Part shown: positions 37,030 to 50,040 of the stretch, in pieces
How the letters are laid out: each line of letters starts with the position of its first letter
Numbering within the stretch: position 1 is the first letter of the stretch
NCBI GenBank assembly: GCA_964016885.1
Contig: OZ024743.1
Span: 175,274,001 to 175,338,000 of the forward strand
Direction of reading: 5' to 3'
Origin: Eledone cirrhosa
Taxonomy: Eukaryota
Length of the DNA: 64,000 nucleotides
Notes under the pieces: model-generated
What the model saw: only the letters and a program-made list of their open reading frames with translations
Databases searched by the model: none
Told to the model about the DNA's origin: nothing
Program-made: the position numbers and the translations under genes

Positions 37030-40000
37030 CATCTCGATAGACATGGCCAGTTCGCTGGTAAGTTTTTGTTGATTTTCTAAGTAAGAAACCAAAAATTTAT
37101 TGTTAAATTTTATACTATGTTATAGCTTGACCCCACGACTGGACATTCAGACGGTGGGTCAAGTAATTTTCACCCCTCCCTGGGGTGAAATTTTCGTTTG
37201 AAAAATTTTTTTCGGTGAAAAAAAATTGTAAACAAATGTTGCATTCAGTCATAGACGACGCGTCCAGTACTAGAAGTGGTGGAGAGGCGGTAAGAGTGTT
37301 AAGCTCGCAGTCATTTCCTCTCACTACCTCATTGAAAGACGTCGAAAATGTCGTCAGTTTTGAAAACACGATGTCGAACGCTGATTGTAACACCAACACC
37401 AACACCAATAACATGAAAAATGTAAACAAAATCAACTAGAACAACAACAACAGCAACAACAACAACAATGACAACAAGAACAACAACAACAACAGCAATA
37501 ACATGAACAATGTAAACAAAACCAACTAGAACAATCACAAAAACAACAACAACAATGACAACAAAAACAACAACAACACAGCAACAATGATAACAACAAC
37601 AACAGCAACACGAACAACTCCACAAACAAGGAAAAGATTTCCTTCGCACAAACCGTCCAAAAGACGAAACTGTTTACATACCTTGACATTTCCAATGCTA
37701 GGGAAATGTGAAGTGATGCAAAGCAGTATGTAACTTTTTGGTGAGAGTGGTGCTTTCAGCATCACTTCTCCTTAAGAAGTTACGTAGAGAAACTATCCTA
37801 AAAACAATAATATTTAGGACAGTTTCAAATGTGTCTAAAAAACCAGTCTAATTATCTCAAAACGAAATTGAACTGGTTCTGAAAAATTCAATGAAGGATA
37901 TTGCCTTCATCCAAAAAGTTAAACTTTTTGGAAGCATTTCGGTGCTAATGAAAGACCAATTGACGGCACAGAAATATTCTGTGTCGCCAATTGTGTCCCC
38001 CCTCTACACCTTTTTCCCCACATATATGGGAAAAAGGACACAAAAAAAATAAGAGTAACAAATATCACACCAAATGTAAACAGCTGGTAGATATAAATAT
38101 CACACCAAACGTAAACATCTGGTAGATATTAGCTGGTTTCATCAATTTTGATGAAGATGCAGTAATTTCGGTAGGAAAGTCCTCCAGGGGCATATTTAAC
38201 GGTACAAGCTTAGAAGTTCTGGTCCAAATGAGACCAGAACGGATAGCTAGAATACCACAAAGTGTGCCTCTGGATGGTCCCCGGGAGACGAAGAGGTGAG
38301 TGATTTCTTTTCCTCTTCTTTTAACTTTTCAGCACCAACATGGCCAATATAAGAGTTGGATGTGTGAATGTACGCGGCTTGGAGATGCCCTGGAAACAGG
38401 GCAAACTTTTAAACGACCTCAGGTCGCACAGTATGGATGTAGTAGCCATTTGCGAGTCCAGGATCCACAGCGAGCGACAGCTGACCCCCATCTTCGACGA
38501 CTTTGAGATCTACGCATCTCTCTGTCAGCCGGGAGGTGGGGGCAGGGTTGCCGTTTTGCTGCGGAAACATCTGGACCTCGTAACACAGACGATAGATCTG
38601 GACCCGGAGGGTCGACTGGTGGTCCTAGACGTTGACGGTAGTGAAGGTGGAGCCTTCAGGCTGGTGGCCGCATATGCCCCATCCGGACACCGCGGCCAGA
38701 CTTCTTCAAACGTCTAGAGACTTTTCTGGGAACGTCCCGCTCCTTGCTTTTAGTGGGGGACTGGAATGGAATCCTAGATGCACGTTGGGACTATGTGGGA
38801 GCATGTCTCGATAAAGGGGTGTAACAGCCTCAAACAGTTAATTGGCTGATTTGACCTGGCCGATAGATATCGACTAGATTTTCCGACTGTGCCACTGTGG
38901 ACGTGGACTAATCGTAGCGGAACATCTAGATCGTACCTAGATAGGGTTCTAGTTAGAAATAAAGATAGGGACATGTTAAGCTGTCCACAAATATTCATGT
39001 TGCCTATTCAGATCACAAACTAGTGACCTGCATGGTCAACCTTGATAGAGCCCATAGACAAGGACCCGGCTACTGGAAGCTGAACTTGTCGTTACCGACA
39101 TGCAAAGCCTACAATAGACGGATTAGAACTTTAGTTAAACAACACTTGACAGGGGCCATTGTCAACAACAGATGGTGGTACTCTCTCAAGAGGGCAGTTA
39201 GATTAGACTCGTTAGTTTTTAGTAAAGAATTAGCGTTAAATAGAAATAGGATCGAGAAGGAACTGATAGATAAAGAAGAAGAGGCAATTAGAAGTGGCAA
39301 CGTAGCCAGCGTGCTAGCAACGAGAACGGCCTTGTACCAGTTCTTCGACGCAAAGCACGAGGGCTGCGTTGTCAGAAGAAAAATACGTGCTCTGGGTAAC
39401 GTGGGAGCCAAAGCTGTTAGCTGGGCCCGAGTGACGGAGGCAAAAAATGGCAACAAGTCCACGATTCAGTCTCTGAAGGACTCTCGTGATACGTGAGCCG
39501 AAGCAGATGTGCGCGGCCTTTCAGCGGCACTTTGCTCAGCTGTTCGGGCAGGGCAGCGCGCCGGGAGGGGCTATGGATTTCGCTCCATACTTCGACGACC
39601 TACCGCGACTCTCGGACAGCGAGGCGAAGTTCTGCGAAAAGCCGATTTCAGCCGCTGAGATAGGGGACGCGATGAGCCAATGCGGCAAACGCAAATCTCC
39701 AGGTCTTGACGGTCTACGCTACGAATTTTACGTAGCAATGCCGGACTTATTCTCCGGTCTCCTGGAAGCGGTCTACTGCAACTGGCAGCATAACGGGAGA
39801 ATTCCCAGTTCTGTGACCAGTGGCGTAGTCACACTAGTCAGGAAGGACGAGAATAAGGGGGATAACATGGCAACTTCCGGCACATAACTCTGCTAAACAC
39901 AGAGTTACAGATTTTGGCCAAGGTGTTGGAAAAGAGGCTGGCGCTTGTCGAAAACCTGGTGGGAGAAGCGCAGACATGCGCAATCCCGACCAGGTCCATA

Positions 40001-41947
40001 CACGACAAACTCCACCTCATGCGATACATCATAGAGAGGGTAGGGTGTAAACCCGGCTTCGGTGGGGCCCTGATCAACTTGGATTAGTCTAAGGCTTTCG
40101 ATAGGGTTGACCATCGTTACCTGGATGCCGTGCTTGAGGCGGCAGGATTCGGACCCGTGTTCAGGGACTGGATTGCTGCAATGCACAACAGCAACATCTG
40201 CTCAAGGGTCAAGGTGAACGGCTAGCTCTCAGAGCCGTTCCATATTACGCGATCCATTCGACAGGGATGCCCTCTCTCCTCCCTTCTGTACGTACTGACT
40301 CTTGAGCCTCTACTGCGGAAGTTGGAGCTATTGCAGGGCATCCCTCTGGAACCGGGACTGCGGAAAGCGGCGTCGGCCTACGCCGACGACGTGACAGTAA
40401 TGGCGTCGAGCACCTCGCAAATTGAGGAAGTCGGCACCTTACTGAAGGAATACGAAAGCTTCACAGGAGCGAAGCTGAACCGGGACAAGTCCATCGGTTT
40501 GCAACTCGGATCGGGGAGAGGCAAACTGATGCGTTCCGATGGCTTCGTCCGACGCTGGATGGAAGGACCGGTAAAGCTGTTCGGGGTCTCGTTTGGTCCA
40601 GACCTCCAGGTGGAGAAAAACTGGAACGAGGTGACGGCCAAGGTGTTTGCACTCACCCAGAAGAGGGCCGAGTGCAAACTATCCTTGAAAGGTCGAGCGG
40701 AGTTGGCGAACACTTTTCTAGCGTCCGTCATCTACTACCGCTTGACCGTCGTGCCTTGTCCAGCAAAACCGCTCATCAAAATGGAGCGCGCGCTCTTCCA
40801 ATTCCTTTGGAAGAAGCGGGCTCCTTTGGTGAGAAGATCCATCTGCTGCCAACATCCTTCCAACGGAGGGCTGGAGATGCCGTGCACAAACACGCGCTCA
40901 GGCTGCGGCATCTCTACGTATTCCTCACCGACTCGTCTCGCTGACCGAGCTGCAGTCCTGGGTCAAGCAAAGACCGAGGAAAATGGGCGACTGGCACATC
41001 GAATGTGCTCAGGGGCTCACAGCCCTCTGGCAGGCGGACCTGGCGATCAGTGGAGACTCCACTTCGTCATTCTATAGAGGGTTGATCCGCAGCCTGTGCG
41101 ACGACGCGCTCGGAGAAACTCTAGGCGTAGAGGAAGACGCGACTGGCCAATCTGTTCGGTAGGACCTTCCGCCCGGGACCGATGGACAACTTCCAAAAGT
41201 CCCTGGCCTGGCAGTGCTACCGAGGAGCTCTACCAGTTCGAGACAAGCTCTACAGACATGGGCACCCGGGCAGCGACCCTTCGAAAAAGATCTGTCCGAT
41301 ATGCGTGCGAGACGAGGAAACCGTCGCGTACGCATTCATACATTGTCCGGGCGTTACCGACCTGTGGGGCTATATAGAACGACTATTGTCGCGGGTGGGA
41401 CCAATCCGGTTGACCACCGAGTTCATTGTCATAATCAAACCGCCACCCTCCTTCAAAAACGAAGGAGAGGCGGTTTTCCTTTGTGTGATATCTATGGCGA
41501 AAGAGGTTGTATGGTGGATGAGGTTAAAAGGGCTGAGGTCAGACACTTTTCTCTCCGGCCAACAACTGATTCTTTTTTTCAAATACCACTTTGGAAGAAG
41601 AATCAGGATAGAGAGGGGGGTGCTGTACCCCAGCAAGTTTTATGAAAGGTGGGTGAAAATGGCGAGAATGGCCCGAGCGGTTGGGCCTTCTCTCTATATC
41701 AGCCTGTAGGTTGAGGAAAAAGAGGAAGAGAGGAAAGGGGTACAAACTCTTCGTACTCCCGGAGATGATGGTTGCACATTTTTTCGGGGGTATGTGTTAC
41801 CAATATGAAATGTCTCCCCCTATTGGGGAAAATCGATTAATTTTTAAATTGCATTTGTGATAGTATTTTACACGTTTATGTTGTATGTAAACTTCCTCCT
41901 TTGTATTTGTTCCCTTCCTTTGTGTCCCTGTGGCTAATAAAGAAACA
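37030..41947 (+). mobile_element. Tx1-like retrotransposon copy B3, diverged subfamily with 5' UTR, ORF1 deletion and a decayed ORF2 (38340-41709)
   Basis: MANIRVGCVNVRGL, AYADD, CPICVRDEETVAYAFIHC; many stops; ends CCCTGTGGCTAATAAAGAAACA then (TATC)n. Confidence 0.92.
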
Positions 41948-42111
41948 TATCTATCTATCTATGTATCAATCCTCCTCTATCTACCTACCTACCTACCTAC
42001 CTACCTACCTACCTACCTACCTACCTACCTACCTACCTACCTACCTACCTACTTACCTACCTACCTACCTACCTACCTACCTATCTACTTACCTACCTAC
42101 CTATATATCTA

Positions 42112-45100
42112 TCACGTGTACCATCCGAGTCTACCTCGATTGTTGTGGAAAATACTATCGATAATGATAATCAAAAGTATAAACAATTGAAAATTTCCCT
42201 CAATGAAATCTTCCAGAGAGAAATTAACTCATGTGTAAATATCTCTCTTGCTGAACATGTTAAAACGACAATGTTGAATAAAAAACTAAATAATGAAATA
42301 TTACGTGTTATTGACGAAATAGGGAATGAATATTTACGACGGATAAAAACCCCAACATTTTGGCAAATCAACGCCTGTTTATATGCCTTAGCAATGACAG
42401 TGAAGCATTATCTTGGTGATAGCAGAGATATTAACAAGAACAAAACACCACCAAAAATACCATCATATATAACTAAAATAGAAAAAAAGATTGCTGACCT
42501 ACGAAAAAACATAGGATATGTGACAATCCTCCTTATATGCAAACAAACACAAAAAAACCTCACTCCTCACCAACAAAGAGTGAACAATAAAATAGAGACG
42601 ATGTTTGGTAACAGTAGAACCAGAACTCTCCAATATAAGCTGATCACCCTCAAACAAGAATTGAGAGCTGTTAGCGAAAAACGCCGATACCTGAAGAGTA
42701 TAGATGAGAGAAAAGTGCTTAATAAAAGATTCAGACGAAACCAAACATCAGTCTATAGAGATATGAAGGGCAAAATAATAAGTTTCACTGAGGCCCCATC
42801 CCAGAAAGACATAGATTCCTTTTGGAGAAAAATATGGGGTGAAAAGAAGAATTTCAACCAAGATGCAGTGTGGCTAAGAGAAATCCGAAAGAACTATTGC
42901 TCCTACACTACAACAAAAACATACAAAATAAGTGAGGTTAGGGTACCCTTGAGACTGTGATAGGAAAACTCCAATCTAAGAAAACACCAGGAAGAGACAT
43001 GATTGTCGGCTACTTGTACAAAAAACTGATATTCTATCGGAGGTATCTTACTGACCTCTGCCAACAAGTTCGTAAGGGAGATACACTTATACCAGAATGG
43101 TTGACATTAGCACAAACATTACTGGTCCCCAAGAACAAAGACACCCACTTGGCAAAAACTACCGACCCATTGCATGCCAGAACCTGATGTATAAGATGTA
43201 TACAGCCTGCCTGAACCTATTCCTCCAAGATCACTGTGAAAATAATAACATCATCACAGATGAACAAGCAGCTGGAAAGAAATGAATTTGGGGATGTGCT
43301 GATGAACAACTCCTAATCAACAAAACTGCGATGTCGGAGGTGCGACAACTTAGGAGGAGTATGACTACAGTCTGACTGGACTACAGGAAAGCTTTTGATT
43401 CTGTTCCCCACTCTTGGATGATAAAGGCCCTCCAACTTGCTAAAGTCACAGACATTATTGTCAGAGCCATAGAGAGGCTGTCTTCTTCTTGGGCTACTAT
43501 CCTAAGGTTAAAGACAGAGAGGGAGGACTCTATTTTCACTGATAAAATAAAATATTGCAGGGGTATATTTCAGGGGGACAGTCTCTCTGTGATATTGTTC
43601 ATCTTGTCATTAAACCCCTTGTCCTTTCTGCTCAAGAAATGTGAGGGATACATCATTGGCTCACAGGAGGACAGAAATACGAACCTAACCCATAACTTCT
43701 TTGTGGACGATCTGAAACTCTATGCCAAGAAGATGGATGGGATGAAGAAAAATATTGACCTGGTTACAACGTTCTCAAAGGATATAGGAATGGGGTTTGG
43801 CCAAGATAAATGCTCATACATGACTGTAAAGCGGGGAAAAACAACAACCCAATCTAGCAACATTGTCATCAATGGCCTAACTGTTTCACCGATATCTGAT
43901 GAGGACTGCTACAGATACCTGGGGATAGATGAGAACATAACCTATAATGGTATCTGTAATAAAGAACGCGTAACCAGGGAATACTACACCCGATTAAGAA
44001 AGATCTGGTCATCGGAACTCTCTGCGCAAAACAAAACAGTGGCTCACAATGTGTTTGCTGTGCCTGTCCTAACACCAACGTTTGGAATACTCAATTGGAC
44101 GATAGACGGAATCCGAGCAGTTCATGTTGGAACTCGAAAAATACTGAACAACACCGGAAACTTCCGTATCAACAGTGACATAGACCGCCTTTACTTGAAA
44201 CGTAAACAGGGAGGCAGAGGCCTAACATCAGTCCAGACAACATTTGAATGTCGCATCATATCTCTCCGACAACATCTACGAACCTCGAAGCGTAGGAGCC
44301 CGCTTCTCGAGCAAGTCTATCTGCATTAAACAGATAAGATCATGAGAGTTGGGAAGGAACTCCTTGAGAGATATTCCCTGTGTGATAATCAAAAACTCAC
44401 ACCCAGGGATGTCGCTCAGCAGTATCGCAGTGAATCCATGGATGAAAAACTGCATGCCTATCAGCAAAAAATCATGGATAGATATGTTGCCAGGAAGCTC
44501 CAGAGTGAGAGTAATATAGATAAGGAACGTAGTCTATCTTGGACCAACAACCGCTATATTGGCTCCCACTTTGAAGGATACGCTTTTGAAATCCAGGAAC
44601 AGGAGATTAGCACGAAATACCTGATACACAAAAGTGATAGGGATGCGGGCAAAACACCTAGATGTGATAACAAGTGCAGACTCTGCAGAACTAACATCGA
44701 GGATATCACCCATGTCATCAGCAGCTGCCCAAAGATGTCATCGCGGTACTATCTACCTATGAGGCATGATGTAGTGGCCAAAACACTGTACAATGCAGTT
44801 CGTAAAAAAGATAGCCCCGATAACAAACACATTAAAAGCTCCAGCAATGTGGAAGACATCCATGTACATAATATGAAAGAGTACTGGTGGAATGTTCCAG
44901 TAAAGACCCCAATAAAATGCAGGCATAACAGACCAGATATTATGATATGGGACAGGGAAAAGAAAGCATGCACAGTAGTGGAAATTAGCTGCCCAGCAGA
45001 TGCCAATATAATATCAAAGATTAGCAAAAAGGAGAATATTTATGCAGAATTGATGAGAAATCTGCAGATACTCCACCACGATTACACCTTCAGATTTATG

Positions 45101-45499
45101 CCTGTGATTATTGGGGCACTGGGATATGTTAGTAACTGCCTCAATACAAAAATTGAGAAGCTAGGCTTCACAGGAACAAGAAAGAACACAACTAGTTAGG
45201 AAATTACAAGTACAATCCATTAATGGAACATTAAAAAAAGACATTCCAAAAATTTTGCATCTAATAACTGCATATACAGATGTACAGATACAAAGCATAT
45301 ACACATGCACACATACAACTCAAAACATCCACATCCACACATACAATAACATCCATATCTACACATGCATGCATGCAGACATACATACATATCTACCTAG
45401 TTGATGTTGTGTAAATTCCAATGAGAGAGTCTTGTGTCTATGTTAGAAACCGACTCTCTCTCTATTGGTAAAACTTTGTGAAATTATAAAACCAGAATA
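42112..45499 (+). mobile_element. R4/Dong-clade RLE non-LTR retrotransposon, degenerate, (CATA)n tail
   Basis: PGRD, NYRPIAC, LDYRKAFDSVPHSW, RGIFQGDSLS, FFVDDLKL; CRLC..HVISSC knuckle; RHD, HNRPDIMIWD..VVEISCP RLE. Confidence 0.92.
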
Positions 45500-45562
45500 A
45501 CATACATACATACATACATACATACATACATACATACATACATACATACATACATAGATAGA

Positions 45563-45594
<32 letters not shown>

Positions 45595-45605
45595 CACACA
45601 CATAC

Positions 45606-45874
45606 ATGGTGGCTGCCAACTCGTTTTCGAGTACGGCCACTACTTTATATCCATGTAGGAGAACCCCTACCGATGCGCTGAACGAGTGTGACTTTTTAGT
45701 CCAGCCAGAGACTTGAACACTCTGGTACAAACACTACACTTGTGACAATTATTGACACATAGTGCTGGGCCCATGGTACCCTGTGTCGACAAGTGCAGAG
45801 AGATCTCCAGATATAAAGCAATGCCTGTGCCGCCGTGAAGCTTTTATAGTGAGCAAAGGCACTGCACAAAGCCA
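45606..45874 (-). mobile_element. bipartite RTE-derived element, 3' part only
   Basis: same 3' end as the other copies; lies within (CATA)n. Confidence 0.82.
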
Positions 45875-45965
45875 TACATACATACATACATACATACATA
45901 CATACATACATACATACATACATACATACATACATACATACATACACACATACATACATACATAT

Positions 45966-46506
45966 ATGGTGGCTGCCAACTCGTTTTCGAGTACGGCCAC
46001 TACTTTATATCCATGTAGGAGAATGCGCTGACCGAGTGTGACTTTTTAGTCTAGCCAGCGACTTGAAAACTCTAGTACAAACACTACACCTGTGACAATT
46101 ATTGACACATAGTGCTGGGCCCATGATACCGTGTGACGACAAGTGCAGAGAGATCTCCAGATATAAAGCAATGCCTGTGCCGTGAAGCTTTTATAGTGAG
46201 CAAAGGCACTGCACATAGCCAGTCCCACTCTCTTAACCAAGATGATATTTACCAAAAAGAAGAACAAGTCAACATCATTGGATACCATCAGAGTTGCAGG
46301 TGTTATATCAGAGTTTTCCTTCTTCTAGAATTCTGCCTTGACAAAGGCTAAGGGGTCATCTCTCCCAGTGATTTTGGATGGCCATTGACTCTTAAGAGCT
46401 CCTTTGCCCTTTGACAGGTTTTGTCTTTAGTCCTGCAGGATGTCCAAAGTCACCCTCCTCACCAAGAAACCTTGGTGGGGTTGCCAGTTTAGTCGCCAAC
46501 GACCCG
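45966..46506 (-). mobile_element. bipartite RTE-derived element, 5'-truncated
   Basis: near-identical to the neighbouring copy. Confidence 0.85.
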
Positions 46507-46688
46507 TATATATGTATATATATATATACATATATACATACATATATATATACACATACATATATACATACATATATATATATACATATATACATACATA
46601 TATATATATATATATATACACATACATATATACATACATATATACATACATACACATACATATATACATATATACATACATACACATA

Positions 46689-46719
<31 letters not shown>

Positions 46720-46801
46720 ATATATACATATATACATACATATACATACATATACATACACATATACATATATACATACATATATATATACATACATACA
46801 T

Positions 46802-47404
46802 ATGGTGGCTGCCAACTCGTTTTCGAGTACGGCCACTACTTTATATCCATGTAGGAGAACCTCTACCAATGCGCTGAACGAGTGTGACTTTTTAGTCCAG
46901 CCAGCAACTTGAAAACTCTAGTACAAACACTACACCTGTGACAATTATTGACACATAATGCTGGGCCCATAGTGACGACAAGTACAGAGAGATCTCCAGA
47001 TATAAAGCAATTCCTGTGCCGTGAAGCTTTTATAGTGAGCAAAGGCACTGCACAAAGCCAGTCCCACTCTCTTAACCAAGATAATATTTACCAAAAAGAA
47101 GAACAAGTCAACATCATTGGATACCATCAGGGTTGCAGGTGTTATATCAGAGTTTTCCTTCTCCTAGAATTCTGCCTTGACAAAAGCTAAGGGGTCTTCT
47201 CTCCCGGTGATTTTGGATGGCCATTGACTCTTAAGAGCTCCTCTGCCCTTTGACAGGTTTTGTCTTTAGTCCTGCAGGATGTCCAAAGTCACCCTCCTCA
47301 CCAAGAAACCTTGGTGGGGTTGCCAGTTTAGTCGCCAACGACCCGACCATGGGACAGGTTGTACTGGGATACATGTTACCAGTAGCACCAACTGGTGACC
47401 TGAC
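46802..47404 (-). mobile_element. bipartite RTE-derived non-autonomous retroelement, full length (about 600 bp)
   Basis: 5' part has an RTE-like UTR motif ctaggagaaggaaaactctga; 3' part encodes [22 protein letters not shown], resembling the C-terminal C2H2 finger of RTE ORFs; (ATGT)n tail. Confidence 0.78.
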
Positions 47405-47509
47405 ATACATATATACATACATATATACATACACACATACATACATACACACATACACACATACATACATACACACATACATACATACATACATACATAC
47501 ATACATACA

Positions 47510-47541
<32 letters not shown>

Positions 47542-47737
47542 AACATACATAGATACATACACACATACATACATACATACATACATACATACATACATAC
47601 ATACACACGTACATACATACCTTTCCACACACACACATATATATATATATATATAACTGCAGTGATCCACAGAAGACAGCTGATGAGTGGGAATTGTCCG
47701 TGTATTTTTGTCTTCCGTGTGTACCCCCACATTTAAA

Positions 47738-47862
<125 letters not shown>

Positions 47863-47865
47863 ATA

Positions 47866-48156
47866 TACAAGATGGCGTAGGACAGAACAAAGGAGAGGCA
47901 CAAAAACAAAGAAAAAAATCCCCAGTCACTGAAGAGATCACAGAATGTGTGACGAAAGAGCTTTGACAATATTTAAACAACCATCTGGTTGTGGAACCAA
48001 CCAACCAACCGGAAATTTATAAATTCCTAAATTTATAAATTTATTATAATAAATTGAAGTGATTGCAACTGGTGCGTATGTTTCTTATTGACAACATGAC
48101 CCTCCCAAAGTATAACAATATCGGTTTCAACACACGTTTTCAGATAAAGAATCTTG

Positions 48157-48157
<1 letters not shown>
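47866..48157 (+). mobile_element. Penelope pseudo-LTR fragment with hammerhead-like motif (47924-47967), in (TA)n
   Basis: matches 23595-23850; gtca-CTGAAGA-gatcacagaatgtgtgac-GAAA-gagc-TT-tgac. Confidence 0.82.
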
Positions 48158-48236
<79 letters not shown>

Positions 48237-48958
48237 CCAAAGTATCGTTTAGTAATTGATTTTATCTAACATTTACAATTATTTAAAGAGTTTTATTTTA
48301 ACTAAAATATCTTCCTACCATATGGTGTATTTTCCAAGCCAAGAATTGTATCTTTTTTCATTTTATTTTATCTTCATTTTATTTTATTTCATTTTATTTC
48401 ATTTTATTTTATTCCGTATTGTACGATTGATTACAGAAATTAATTATTGGATATCTATATTCTTATCTCTTCCTTCGATATTTTTCTTCCGAAAAATGCT
48501 TTATAATTTTCATTGAATAAAGATATATGTGAAACAAACCCCCCAATCATCCAACACCCACAAAAACAGCAGCGACACATACACACATATACACAAAAGC
48601 ACACCCATACACACACACATACACACCAGAAAATAAAACAAAACGACAAAAAAAATCATTATTTTGACCAAACTCAAATCCCACCCCTCCACGAAATAAA
48701 CAACAATATAAAAACAAAGTAGTCACACAGACACACAAGGAAATAAGACAAAACAACAATAAAAAAACTCTATTTTGACCTAACTCAGAGATCCTCTTTT
48801 AATGGGTTGATCGGAAGTTTTAGATTACAAAAGGGATTATTAAAGATGGCGTTATAAATGAAAACATCTTGAAAGGGAGTTGATGAAATTATTGGGGACT
48901 CATTGGAATTAACTGTTTAATTATTTTCTATTACCTCTTCATCTCCCTCTCTATTTCG

Positions 48959-49173
<215 letters not shown>

Positions 49174-49257
49174 AAAGGTAAACAGAAATAACAACACAAT
49201 CGGTACAGTATATGGAAGGTATATATTAGGTTAACGCTTGATATAGCAGGAAGAGGG

Positions 49258-49293
49258 TCTTAACGTTTTGGACGATAGTCCTTCATCAGAAGA
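49258..49293 (-). ncRNA. degenerate minimal hammerhead motif (GAAA mutated to AAAA)
   Basis: minus strand tctt-CTGATGA-a-ggac[tatc]gtcc-AAAA-cg-TT-aaga. Confidence 0.45.
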
Positions 49294-49484
49294 AAGAATG
49301 AGAAATAAGATAGATTGAGGGGACGGGCGAGTTGGAATTGGAAAACATGTCTTTAGATAAAAATAACAGGTCCATTCATGTTGACATCTCTTGCAAAACT
49401 GTTGGTGCTGGCGTGTTGTGTATGATTTATTTTTTAGAAAAGTGGATGATCGAGCGTGTCTATCTGAATTGAATATAAAAGAGA

Positions 49485-49747
49485 AATAAACACAGATATA
49501 TACATATATGTGTTCAAATCATAAGGAACCAGATTCGCTATGGTGAACAAAATATTAACTATGAACAATAGGGTTTGCCAGGGTCAATTTACACTCAATT
49601 TACAATTAAATAGCTCAAGGAAAAAAAAAAGTGTTTCGGGCCGTATAATATAATTGAATATAAAAGAGAGATAAACACAGATATATACAAATCGTAAGGG
49701 ACCAGATTCGCTAGGGTGAAAAAAACACTAACTATGAACAATAGGGA
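49485..49747 (+). repeat. diverged direct duplication of about 95 bp (49487-49573 and 49652-49746)
   Basis: aattgaatataaaagaga...actatgaacaataggg occurs twice. Confidence 0.8.
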
Positions 49748-49827
<80 letters not shown>

Positions 49828-49848
49828 AATATATACACATAAATATAT

Positions 49849-49909
<61 letters not shown>

Positions 49910-50040
49910 GATAAATCTACCAAGAGTTTACGGTAGTGTCCAATCCGTATGAAGGACTCAATGTATTCCGGATATCATGGAAAGAAGAGATGTAATGAAA
50001 ATCCACTTTCGGTGAAAGATAAATGGTATACAGAGTCAAG

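Noticed and set aside
47290-47370. Canonical twister ribozyme call
   Set aside because: GTCCCA and GAGGG words are present, but no UAA cleavage site with P1 and P2 in the required register was found. Kept only as a candidate structured RNA.
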